Source: Eledone cirrhosa (taxonomy: Eukaryota). From it: a stretch of DNA of 64,000 nt. Every line of letters starts with the position of its first letter. Position 1 is the first letter of the stretch. The stretch is taken from the NCBI GenBank assembly GCA_964016885.1, contig OZ024740.1, positions 275,714,001 through 275,778,000 of the forward strand, written 5' to 3'. Position numbers and translations under genes: made by a program. Under the pieces are notes generated by a model. It was given only the letters and a program-made list of their open reading frames with translations. It had not been told where the DNA came from and ran no database searches. This document shows, in pieces, positions 26,910-38,118 of the stretch.

Positions 26910-27249
26910 GGAGGCACATGGCTTAGTGGTTAGAGCATTGGCCTTGTAATCGAAAGGTTGTGAGTTCAATTCTTGGACCGGGTGATGTGTTGTTTCCTTG
27001 AGCAAGACACTTTATTTCACATTGCTCCAGTTTACTCAGCTGTAGAAATGAGATGATAGGGACTGGGGTCCATATCATTCCACTGCAAAGTGGTCGTGGA
27101 GGTGCCACGGCAAAAAAGCACCCAGCACTCACTGTAAATGAGGTTGGTGCTAGGAAGGGTATCCAGCTGTAGAAATCAAGCCAGAATCAGTTCCCGTCCC
27201 ACCCTTGCAAGCAGGGAAAAGCGGACGTAAAAATGATGATGATGATGAT
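26910..27249 (+). mobile_element. Full-length tRNA-head CORE-like SINE with an RTE 3' tail; inverted partial copy at 26773-26898
   Basis: A box tggcttagtggt, B box gagttcaattc, CORE-like tttccttgagcaagacact...cagtttactcagctgtagaaatg, RTE-type end with (GAT)n. Confidence 0.9.
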
Positions 27250-28630
27250 ATATATATATATATATATATATCAGATAGTGTGAGGTAAAATACCAGGTGG
27301 ACCATATCCTACCAGAGTACTCGATACTCAAATTCATATCAAGCAGTCGAAATGGCCAGAACCCAGCCATCGTGGTCTGGAATCTTTTCACACACATGCA
27401 CACACACACACACAAACAAACATATATATATATATATATATATATATACTAAAATCACATCAGCTCTCTTATTAGTTAACAATATCAGGACAATTGATTA
27501 ATAAAAAATATATGCTTGATTTCATTTGTGTGTGCGTGTGTGTGTGTGTGAATGTGTGTGTGTGTGAATGTGTGTGTATGCATGCTTTCTAAAGGAAGTA
27601 AAGAATACTTCAGTTCTTACATTTAATTTACAACATTGCATTACTGGCCATTCTGGAGACAAAATTATTTCTATGCTTTATTTTATTTTATTTTTCCATT
27701 TTTTAAAATGACATTTAAAATATTTAATTTACTTATTCCAATTTAATCTATTATTTTAAGTATCAATTATTTAAAAACAAAAACATAAACAAAAAAAGAA
27801 ATATTGGAATTTCTTTTTTAAAAAGCAACAAAACAAGTTTCAATTAAACAACAATTTCTGAAAATGTAATCAGTTTTGGAATTCAAAGGAAATAGCACTG
27901 GAAGGCAATATCTGATGAAGTACTATAATGTTCATTAACCATTTGACCAGTTTCATAAAGTGATTAGCCATGAGTCGATAGCTGCTACTGAACTCTCACC
28001 ATTCTATGGTCAATTGTATCAATGGTTGGCATTTAAGTACCTCTAATTGCTTCATCTGATTGCTAGGCTAACCATATAAATGATATTACTTCAAACAAGA
28101 AATATATTTGAATGCTGAAAATGTTGTCTGTTATAAAGTAGTAGAATTCTATCAAGGGTTTATGAAAAATAGTTATGCTGTTACTTTAAATGTGGTTTCT
28201 ATGTAAGGTTGTTGTTATGTAGCCCTAGGTTTGTTGTGAACTATCAGACCTAATAGGTAGTTAGCTAAAGAAATAATCCCTACATCTGGATATATTAGGC
28301 TATGAATTGAGAGATTAGCTGTTATTTCTAACAGATCATTTATGTGTTTGCTATTTGTGGTAACAAATAAAACAATATACTAATAAGATGTTATTTTATA
28401 CTTTTCCCTCAGCTTTTCAGATTTGATCAATCTATTTCAGAACTAAGCTCTGTTATTATTTAAATAATAGGGCAGTAGATTGGCAGTATCGGTAGAATGT
28501 TGGACCTTTGTTTGCAGCATAGAGTAACGGACCTTTACCTTCTGAGTTCAAATCCTACCAAGGTTAGCTTTGCCTTTCATCCTTATGTGGTCGATGAAAT
28601 AAAGTACCTGTAACACTGTGGTCGATTTAA

Positions 28631-28842
28631 CCCTTTAGAATTTAAACCGGCCATATCCAGCCAGAATTCTCTCACCTCTTTCTGTTCAAACTAGCTATAA
28701 CCAGCCACACATACTTATGTTAAGCTATTGTTCTCAAAATAAATAATATCAAAATCTTATAGCTTTGATATTCTATAAAATAATTATGTGAGGTAAAGCC
28801 TTTAATATAAAAATTCAATAGATTAAAGTAAATACGAAAGGG
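28631..28842. mobile_element. piggyBac-like MITE (TTAA TSD, CCCTT ends) inserted in a SINE
   Basis: ttaa|cccttt...aaaggg|ttaa splits the SINE at gatttaa(t/c)gact; relatives at 43830-44214, 33880-34180, 55885-56087 and ~25520-25722. Confidence 0.8.
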
Positions 28843-29096
28843 TTAATTGACTCTCCCCACCCCTTGAAATTACTGGCCTGTGCCTAAATCAGAAACAATT
28901 ATTTACATAATAGACTTGTAACATCCAATCTTCCTACTTTTATTTCTCATATCCTTCCTCCTTATTTCAATGCATATATGCTGTATAGTTCTGTGACCAA
29001 ATGAAGGCATGGATTTTATATATTTATATATGGAAAAGTATATTTTATCAAGTAAAATAATGATGTCTTGTGTGGACCTTTGGGCAAGTATTTTCT

Positions 29097-29206
29097 ACCA
29101 TACCAAACTGTTTTGGAGTCTATCAGATGGACCATACCAAACTGTTTTGGAGTCTATCAGATGGACCATACCAAACTGTTTTGGAGTCTATCAGATGGAC
29201 CATACC
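29097..29206. repeat. 34-bp minisatellite, 3.2 identical units
   Basis: accataccaaactgttttggagtctatcagatgg at 29097, 29131 and 29165. Confidence 0.95.
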
Positions 29207-29877
29207 TCTAATTTAATAGGCCAGCATCATTTCTGATGCACATACAGTGTAATACTGATTTAGCATCAAGGTTATGTTGAGTACAAAAATTTGATATCAA
29301 GGTTATGTTAGGAGTACAAGTCTTCATGAAATACTCAGCCACTTAGATTCAATAGGTATATAGCTACATTGAGATAATAACTGGAATACTAATCATCAAA
29401 ACCAATACAAGAGCTATTTACTTTATACTTACTGAAAGATAAAAGTGTATAGATCAATAGTTAGATATAAACCAATACCCAAATTATTTTACATTCATAA
29501 AATAGTTAAAACAGCACAGAACTATATAAAAATCATTTCTTAGCTGACATAAGAGAGTGCTAATTTGCATATTGGTATTCATACTATACAGATCTGAATT
29601 TGAGGTATATCCCCTTTGGGGTTTTATTCGATAGTAGTAACACTTTATGTTATTACTGCTTAAAACATATAAACATATGATATACTGAATTATTTTAACT
29701 GTCATGCTGTGTTGGTACATTAGCAAATGTTTAATGGTTGCAGAAGCATGTACATTTACCTCTATGCATTGATATGAATATATATATTATATATATATAT
29801 AAATATATATAAATATATATTGGGTATTTATATCTTTTTTTTTGTTTATGTCTAATGTTACTTCTTTCTTTATAATG

Positions 29878-29949
<72 letters not shown>

Positions 29950-30264
29950 ATATATATATATATATGTGTGTGCATATGAATATATATGTATAAATATATA
30001 TACATATGTGTGTGTGTGAGTGTGTGTATGTGTGTATGTGTGTGCATATGTTTCTGTACAGAGATATACAAATAAAAGAATAGAGCTCTCAATAGTTTTG
30101 ATATTTAATATATATTTGTATAAATACTTTCAATCAGAATTATTTACTTGTCCTAATATTTCATGTCAAAATCCCTTCATCAGAAGACTATTGTGAGAAA
30201 CTGGCTCAGAGCTCAGGCTTTTGTTGTTATATGCTTGTTATATATATATGTATATTTATTTGTC

Positions 30265-30890
30265 ATAAGAGAAATCAAATGTTGTATGCAAGAGAGGAGA
30301 TTACATTTGTATGGACATGTGATGTGTATGAAGGATGACAGCTGCGTAAAAAGGTGCAGAGCACTCAAAGTTGATGGGAGACCCCAGAAGACTTGGGATG
30401 AGGTGATAAAAGCTAACCTTGCCCAATTGCATCTCTCAAAGGCGATGACATAGGACTTAGATCTCTGGCGTTATGGAGTAATACAGAAGACCCAACTTCC
30501 CACAGGCACAGGCCGAAGCTGTTGTATATATGCAGTATGCCTGGCATCACCCCACCCCACCCAATACTCTCATTTTATAGTGGTTGTGTATCACAAGGAA
30601 AAGCACCCAGCCCACTCTGTAAATTGGTCATATAGGTGTCACAACAAAGCACCCAGTTTCACAATAAATGAGGTTGGAGGAAGGGCCTATATACAGTATG
30701 CCCCACTCCCCCTCTCCCACTGTAAATAAGGTTGGTGTTAGGAAGGGCATCCACCTGTAGAAATCAAGCCAAAATGAGTTCTATATGAGCAACATAGTAA
30801 CCTGACCTGGCATTGCCCACAACAAGACAACCCGTCTAACCCATGCTTATGTGGAAGAATGGACGTAAAACGGTGATGATGATGATGATA
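30265..30890 (+). mobile_element. Degraded RTE 3' fragment
   Basis: IKCCMQERRLHLYGHVMCMKDDSC...; 3' UTR and (GAT)n. Confidence 0.85.
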
Positions 30891-31967
30891 ATATATATAT
30901 TAGAATAAAGTAGCTCAAGAAAAATGGCTAACCACCTATCTCCCTCCAATCTAAACCCAAAGAAGGAGACAGGGGTCACAACACCTCTTAGCTGCCAGTT
31001 TACTCCTGAATTCCTTGCCAGCATACTTTGACTCCCTTCTCCAGCCTAAACCTGAAGAAGCACAGATATGAAACAATTCTCAGGCCCACACCTACTAATA
31101 TACTGCTGACTTCGTTACCCAACCCATGCTAGTATGAAGAGCTACGAAAAGCTTTAACTGATTCATTCTCCCTGCTGAATTTTTGCACTTACAACACTCT
31201 CCCAGCCCAGGAAAGCATGGTACACACCATAATGACAGACACCACCCACCCTTCCACTTGCGCCAAGGGCACTCCACCTACTCAGCCACCTTGCTGGTCA
31301 TGCAGTTTCGTGCATTAAGGTAGTACTGCACTTGTGATGCCAGTTTGTGCAATGGATTATTAATACATGGCTAGGCATTCTTCTGAGAAATTGTTATATA
31401 TTGGAAGCTCTGCTTTGACTGCTTTCACTCACAGACAGTTTCTCTCTTTTCTTCAAGTTAAGGTAATCACTGTAAGGAACTCATTCTGTGTTAACCTTAC
31501 TGCATGGAGTAGAAAAGATATAAGTACTGGCCTTCTCCAGACTAAAAAAATGATACCTTAGATTTACTGAATAGCTTGAAATAAAATTCTTCACTATGGT
31601 TATCTGCCAACTACATGCTTACTGTTATTCATCCATATGATGACCCTGAAGGTTATTGACCTTGACTGCATCAAAACATTATCCCAAATGTATGGACTTA
31701 TTAGGTTAGGTTTCAGAAAGTTTGTTACAAAATCTCAAATTCTAATTTTTATGGAAAGTTTTTTTTAAATTTATTTCAGCCTTTCTTTCCTTAGTTCTAT
31801 GTTATAGCCATAATTCAGTGTGTATATATCTACTAAGGTGAGTAAATTATACACTTGCTTCATCATATTCTTGTTACTTTACCTCCACAACATATATACC
31901 AACTGTTCTCAAACATTACTGAACTTACTGAAACTGATGTTAAAAATAACATCTGAAATAATAATAA

Positions 31968-32344
31968 TTTCTTTATTAGCCACATTGGCTCACATTAAGG
32001 AAACATTAATGACAATCAGTGTGGGTTTTTCTTTGTGTAAAATAACATTTCTAAAACGGACTAAGAAAATAAACATTTAAAACAAACATAACAAATTTCC
32101 CAAAGGTGAGGAGACTCTAAGTATCACTTGTGTAGAAATCCCACAAAAGCCACAGTCACCCTATCCACTAGGGCAAAGTTCCCTCTCCCAGATTTTCTGC
32201 TCTAGTCTACAGGTGTATGCTCAAGGCAGACCCATTCACACAGACCATGCTTGCCACTCTTATCCACCTTTCATCACACAGACCATGCTTGCCACTCTTA
32301 TCCACCTTTCAACAAACTGGCTGGAAGGCAGCACTTCCTTCTAT
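31968..32344 (-). mobile_element. Tx1/L1-like LINE 3' end with an internal 38-bp tandem duplication
   Basis: Reverse match to ~53490-53843; AAT-rich flanks. Confidence 0.65.
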
Positions 32345-33112
32345 ACAATAATGATAATAATAATTTCATTAAAAACTCTTTTTTACTGCCTTATCAAGAA
32401 AAAAGCAAAACAATAAAACTTGTATATTATTTAAAGAGATTTTAGTATTTTAAAACTCGATGTAGTGTTGATGTAAATAATCAATCAAAGCAAAGTGTTC
32501 AAAACTACAGAGCTAGCCTCCATTTACCAGCCTCTACTGACAAGGTATTGGTCAGCATGAAACTATGGTAGAAGATTCTTGACCAAGAAGCTCTATAGTG
32601 GGATCGAATGCAGAACATGTTTCTTAACTACACAATCATGCCTGTACTAATATATGTCTCTCTATATATGTACATATATATTTGTAAAGTGATTGCTTCA
32701 TTATGTCATACACAGTTAGACATACATATATCAATATTTTAGTGAACGTCTGTTTTTTCATGCTTGCCTAGGTTACACCGATATGCATAGACATAGTTGT
32801 CACTATGCCAACTCTACACAGCTGTGTTAATATTATGTTGTGTACCACAACATGCTTAACTGAAGTAAATGTTTCATGGCTGGATGCCCATTTTAAACCC
32901 AATCACAGCATGAGTTTACCAGTCCTTCTTTATATATATATATATATATATATACATTTATACTGTATATATAAATACATATACATATATACACGCATAC
33001 AGATATATATATATATATATACATATACAGATATATATATATACACACATATATATAACACCCATGCCCACACACACACATATATATATACACATATATA
33101 TGTGTATATATA

Positions 33113-33282
<170 letters not shown>

Positions 33283-33557
33283 ATCTCTTGTACACACAAA
33301 CACGTGCAAACCAACAAGGAATACCCTGTGTCGTTACTCACACTGCTGGAAATACCAGCTAAATTCCCTCAAATACCTGACAAACATTAGTAACAAGCGT
33401 TGGATAATGCAGACCTATATATACAAGACATTATTGTCAGAACTGGAATGCCTTTCATCATATGTATACTCAATCAGTACTGACCCGGCATAGAATAGCA
33501 GCAACACCTGTGTGCTCTTAATCATGAACATCATATGTTTGTGTGTGGAAGGAACAT

Positions 33558-34112
33558 TGTGGATTGGCAGTATAGGTAGAGGGTCGGACGCCATGCTTTC
33601 TAGCATAGTTACGTCCCTTTACGATCTGAGTTCAAATCCCGCCGAGGTTGACTTTGCCTTTCATCCCTACGAGGGTCGATAAAATAAAGTACCAGTAATG
33701 CACTGGGGGTAATTGCTGGCCTTGTGCCTAAAGTAGAGACAATTATTACAAAAATGTTTGAATTAAAATAATTGTTTCTACTTTTTGGCACAAGGCCAGC
33801 AAATACCCAGTGCATTACTGGTACTTTATTTTATCGACCCCGTAAGGATGAAAGGCAAAGTAAACCTTAATGATGTTTAACCCTTTAGAAATTATATTAC
33901 TCTATATATACTATTCTATTTTTGCAGTAAAGGCTTTATCTTACATAATATCTCTCATAATACCGAATCTATGAGATGTTGATATTATTTATTTTGAGTT
34001 CAAATCCCGCCGAGGTTAACTTTGCCTTTCATCCTTACGGGGTCGATAAAATAAAGTACCAGTAATACACTAGGTATTTGCTGGCCTTGTGCCAAAAGTA
34101 GAAACAATTATT
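33558..34112. mobile_element. Three SINE copies (+, -, +), the last inside a piggyBac-like MITE
   Basis: 33558-33748 (+), 33768-33868 (-), 33995-34112 (+). Confidence 0.85.
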
Positions 34113-34434
34113 TATTTTGAGAATAATACCTTAACATCAGTATGAATGGTCTGTTTGAACTGAAAGAGGTGAGAGAATGCCATCGATTAACATCTATCTT
34201 CCATGCTAGCATGGATTAGACGGGTTTGTCCCAATTTAGAGGTTGACCATGTCTCACTCATATAGGACTGCTTCTGGCTGGTTTTCTATGGCTGGATGCC
34301 CTTGCTAACGCCAACCATATTTACAGTGTGTGCTGGGTGCTTTTTGCATTGTCTTTTACACGACCACTTTACAGGGTGGGCTGGATGTTTTGTCGTACCA
34401 GCAATATATTTATATATATATATATATATATATA

Positions 34435-36405
34435 TCCAAGAGGGAAGCTAGGCGACAAGTATACTTAGCTAGGAGGGAAGCAGAGGATAGAAAATTCAAG
34501 CATGTTTTACAACGTGAGGACCAGAAACAGGAGGTATTCAAGATTGCGAGGCAGTGTGTCAGAGATAGTTGTGATGTCATTGGAGAGAAGTGTATCCGGA
34601 ATGATAAAGGTGAGCTTGCCCTCACAAGTGCTGAGAAGAAAGATGCATGGAAGAGTCATTATGATAGATTACTAAATGAGGAGAATGCATGGGAAGAAGA
34701 GACCCTACCCCACGTAGACCCTATAGAGGGACCAGCAGTACAAGTCAGCGGCAGCGTAGTAAGTAAGGCAATCAGAGATATGAAGATAGGGAAGGCAACC
34801 GGTCCATCGGGTATAGCTGCCGAGATGCTGAAGGCATCTGGGTCTGTAGGTCACACTATAACCACACGTATCGTTAACCAGGTAATACTAGAGGGGGCCA
34901 TACCAAAAGATTGGTGCAGTAGCATCATTGTCAACTGCTACAAAGGTAAAGGCGATGCACTAGATAGAGGAAACTATAGAGGTATAAAGTTGATGGACCA
35001 GGTCATGAAAGTAACAGAAAGAGTTATAGCACAGTTGATTAGGGACCGGGTGAATATAGACGAGATGCAATTTGGGTTTGTTCCAGGGAAAGGCACCACT
35101 GATGCGCTCTTCCTTGTGAGGCAATTACAGGAAAAGTACCTAGCTAAAAGTAAGCCACTCTACTTGGCATTTGTCGACCTTGAGAAAGCCTTTGACAGAG
35201 TTCCACGTGCAGTAATCTGGTGGGCTCTTAGAAAACTAGGAGTAGATGAATGGCTTGTGAAAGCGGTACAAGCCATGTATAGGGGAGCAGTCAGCAAAGT
35301 TAGGATTGGCAATGAGTATAGCGAGGAATTTAGCGTACAGGTTGGGGTCCACCAGGGCTCTGTTCTTAGCCCTCTCCTGTTCATCATAGTCCTGCAGGCA
35401 ATAACGGAGGAGTTTAAGACCGGATGCCCATGGGAACTCCTGTATGCTGATGACCTCGCACTCATAGCTGAATCTATGGTAGAACTAGAGAATAAATTCC
35501 AAACCTGGAAGCAGGGACTAGAGAGAAAGGGACTCAAAGTCAACATGACAAAGACTAAGGTCCTTATAAGTAGACGAGAAAACAGAACCCAGATCCCCTC
35601 ACGGAAATGGCCTTGCTCAGTATGTAGGAAAGGTGTAGGTAGGAACTCCATTCTTTGCCCCAAATGCAAACAATGGGTACACAAGAGATGTAGCGGGATC
35701 TCAGGAAGCTTAATTAAGAATGTAGGATTCACATGCAGCAGCTGTGCTGAAACAGCAAGCAAACAGCCACAGGAAACAAGTACCACCAATCTCTGGGAGG
35801 GCCCTGTAGAAACAGTAGACAGCTTCTGCTACCTAGGTGACCGAATTAGCAACGGAGGTGGGTGCTCAGAAAGTACAATAACTAGGGTAAGAACGGGATG
35901 GAAGAAGTTTAGGGAACTACTACCACTGCTAGCTGCAAAAGGCTTCTCCCTCAGAATGAAAGGCAGACTGTATGATGCGTGTATCCGAACAGCGATGTTG
36001 CATGGTAGTGAGACCTGGGCGCTGAAGGTGGAAGACTTACGTAGATTAGAGAGAAACGAAGCCTGCATGCTCCGATGGATGTGTAACAGTAATATACGTG
36101 AACGACAAAGCATAAATGAATTGAGAGAGAGACTGAGCATAAGAGGAATCAAATGCTGCGTGCAGGAGAGGCGGTTACGCTGGTATGGACATGTGATGCG
36201 TATGAAGGATGACAGCTGCATAAAAAGGTGCAGAGCACTAGAAGTTGATGGAAACCGCGGAGTGGGGAGACCCAAGATGACTTGGGATGAGGTGATAAAA
36301 GCCGACCTTACCCAACTACACCTCTCAAAGTCAATGACACACGACCGTGACTTCTGGCGTCACGCAGTAATACAGGGTACCCGACCTCCCATGGGTACAT
36401 GCTGA
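34435..36405 (+). CDS. Uninterrupted LINE ORF2 portion: reverse transcriptase with PHD-type finger; N-terminal APE domain missing
   Basis: GNYRGIKL, QFGF, FVDLEKAFD, GVHQGSVLSP, YADD, FCYLG, RLRWYGH, GRPK in one frame; the upstream part of the listed ORF (34330-34434) is flank and microsatellite. Confidence 0.9.
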   Translation, partial: SKREARRQVYLARREAEDRKFKHVLQREDQKQEVFKIARQCVRDSCDVIGEKCIRNDKGELALTSAEKKDAWKSHYDRLLNEENAWEEETLPHVDPIEGPAVQVSGSVVSKAIRDMKIGKATGPSGIAAEMLKASGSVGHTITTRIVNQVILEGAIPKDWCSSIIVNCYKGKGDALDRGNYRGIKLMDQVMKVTERVIAQLIRDRVNIDEMQFGFVPGKGTTDALFLVRQLQEKYLAKSKPLYLAFVDLEKAFDRVPRAVIWWALRKLGVDEWLVKAVQAMYRGAVSKVRIGNEYSEEFSVQVGVHQGSVLSPLLFIIVLQAITEEFKTGCPWELLYADDLALIAESMVELENKFQTWKQGLERKGLKVNMTKTKVLISRRENRTQIPSRKWPCSVCRKGVGRNSILCPKCKQWVHKRCSGISGSLIKNVGFTCSSCAETASKQPQETSTTNLWEGPVETVDSFCYLGDRISNGGGCSESTITRVRTGWKKFRELLPLLAAKGFSLRMKGRLYDACIRTAMLHGSETWALKVEDLRRLERNEACMLRWMCNSNIRERQSINELRERLSIRGIKCCVQERRLRWYGHVMRMKDDSCIKRCRALEVDGNRGVGRPKMTWDEVIKADLTQLHLSKSMTHDRDFWRHAVIQGTRPPMGTC

Positions 36406-36702
36406 AGCATATAAACAATATGCCCCCCCCCCACCGCAAGGTGGTCGTGGAGGTGCCACGGCAAAAAAGCACCCAGCCCACACTGTAAAGTGGACGTGTA
36501 GGCGCCACGAAAAAGCACCCAGCACTCACTGTAAATGAGGTTGGTGTTAGGAAGGGCATCCAGCTGTAGAAATCAAGCCAGATCAGTTCCTGTATGAGCA
36601 AGGCATGGTCAGCCGACCAGACACTGCCCACAACAGGACAACCCGTCTAACCCATGCTAGCGTGGAAGAACGGACGTAAAACGGTGATGATGATGATGAT
36701 GA

Positions 36703-36706
<4 letters not shown>
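34437..36706 (+). mobile_element. RTE-clade LINE, 5'-truncated (no endonuclease), with 3' UTR and (GAT)n tail, in (AT)n
   Basis: Starts right after (AT)n and ends acccatgctagcgtggaagaacggacgtaaaacggt(gat)n(at)n. Confidence 0.96.
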
Positions 36707-36755
<49 letters not shown>

Positions 36756-36877
36756 AATATAGACATAGAATATTCGAAAATATTCTGTATGTTTATAATA
36801 AACATTTTGAAGACCTAATCGCTATAGAATAGAATACGTCACGTATTACAATTAGATTCTCGATAAAAGCAAGGGAA

Positions 36878-36920
36878 GTAATCTACGCGTTTCATTCTCG
36901 TTAGAAATCATCAGGACTAC
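36878..36920 (-). ncRNA. Type I hammerhead ribozyme motif, unit 1
   Basis: GUAGUC-CUGAUGA-U-UUCU-AACG-AGAA-U-GAAA-CGCG-UA/GAUUAC; stem I continues past an internal loop into a perfect 16-bp helix (36856-36871/36929-36944). Confidence 0.82.
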
Positions 36921-37187
36921 ATATCCAGTGCTTTTATCGAGAATGACACAGCTAGAGACTTATAGAATACTTAGCTGTGTACAGGAACTGGTTTGAAAGA
37001 GCGGTTGCCGGTCCGGCAGAAATTAGAAATTGGAATAAATGCTCTGAAATAGCGATATATATGTGAATATAGACATAGAATATTCGAAAATATTCTGTAT
37101 GTTTATAATAAACATTTTGAAGACCTAATCGCTATAGAATAGAATACGTCACGTATTACAATTAGATTCTCGATAAAAGCAAGGGAA

Positions 37188-37230
37188 GTAATCTACGCGT
37201 TTCATTCTCGTTAGAAATCATCAGGACTAC
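37188..37230 (-). ncRNA. Type I hammerhead ribozyme motif, unit 2
   Basis: Same as unit 1, offset 310. Confidence 0.82.
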
Positions 37231-37497
37231 ATATCCAGTGCTTTTATCGAGAATGACACAGCTAGAGACTTATAGAATACTTAGCTGTGTACAGGAACTG
37301 GTTTGAAAGAGCGGTTGCCGGTCCGGCAGAAATTAGAAATTGGAATAAATGCTCTGAAATAGCGATATATATGTGAATATAGACATAGAATATTCGAAAA
37401 TATTCTGTATGTTTATAATAAACATTTTGAAGACCTAATCGCTATAGAATAGAATACGTCACGTATTACAATTAGATTCTCGATAAAAGCAAGGGAA

Positions 37498-37540
37498 GTA
37501 ATCTACGCGTTTCATTCTCGTTAGAAATCATCAGGACTAC
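37498..37540 (-). ncRNA. Type I hammerhead ribozyme motif, unit 3
   Basis: Same as unit 1, offset 620. Confidence 0.82.
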
Positions 37541-37807
37541 ATATCCAGTGCTTTTATCGAGAATGACACAGCTAGAGACTTATAGAATACTTAGCTGTGT
37601 ACAGGAACTGGTTTGAAAGAGCGGTTGCCGGTCCGGCAGAAATTAGAAATTGGAATAAATGCTCTGAAATAGCGATATATATGTGAATATAGACATAGAA
37701 TATTCGAAAATATTCTGTATGTTTATAATAAACATTTTGAAGACCTAATCGCTATAGAATAGAATACGTCACGTATTACAATTAGATTCTCGATAAAAGC
37801 AAGGGAA

Positions 37808-37850
37808 GTAATCTACGCGTTTCATTCTCGTTAGAAATCATCAGGACTAC
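37808..37850 (-). ncRNA. Type I hammerhead ribozyme motif, unit 4
   Basis: Same as unit 1, offset 930. Confidence 0.82.
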
Positions 37851-37986
37851 ATATCCAGTGCTTTTATCGAGAATGACACAGCTAGAGACTTATAGAATAC
37901 TTAGCTGTGTACAGGAACTGGTTTGAAAGAGCGGTTGCCGGTCCGGCAGAAATTAGAAATTGGAATAAATTAGAAATTAGAATATG

Positions 37987-38118
<132 letters not shown>

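Larger units (their letters stand above)
36751..37970 (-). repeat. Tandem array of 310-bp hammerhead-containing units (3.9 copies); non-LTR retrozyme-like
   Basis: Units start at 36751, 37061, 37371 and 37681 and look identical; (AT)n on both sides; multiple hairpins per unit. Confidence 0.92.

Noticed and set aside
29097-29206. 34-bp repeat with an internal hairpin as a CRISPR array
   Set aside because: Units are contiguous with no spacers, there are no cas genes, and the context is eukaryotic
34330-34434. N-terminal extension of the 691-aa ORF as a real start
   Set aside because: It comes from a flanking repeat remnant and (AT)n, and the start codon is GTG
35160-36275. Antisense ORFs over the LINE RT (also 386-820, 20576-21010, 17741-18415)
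   Set aside because: Shadow frames of the RT coding sequence
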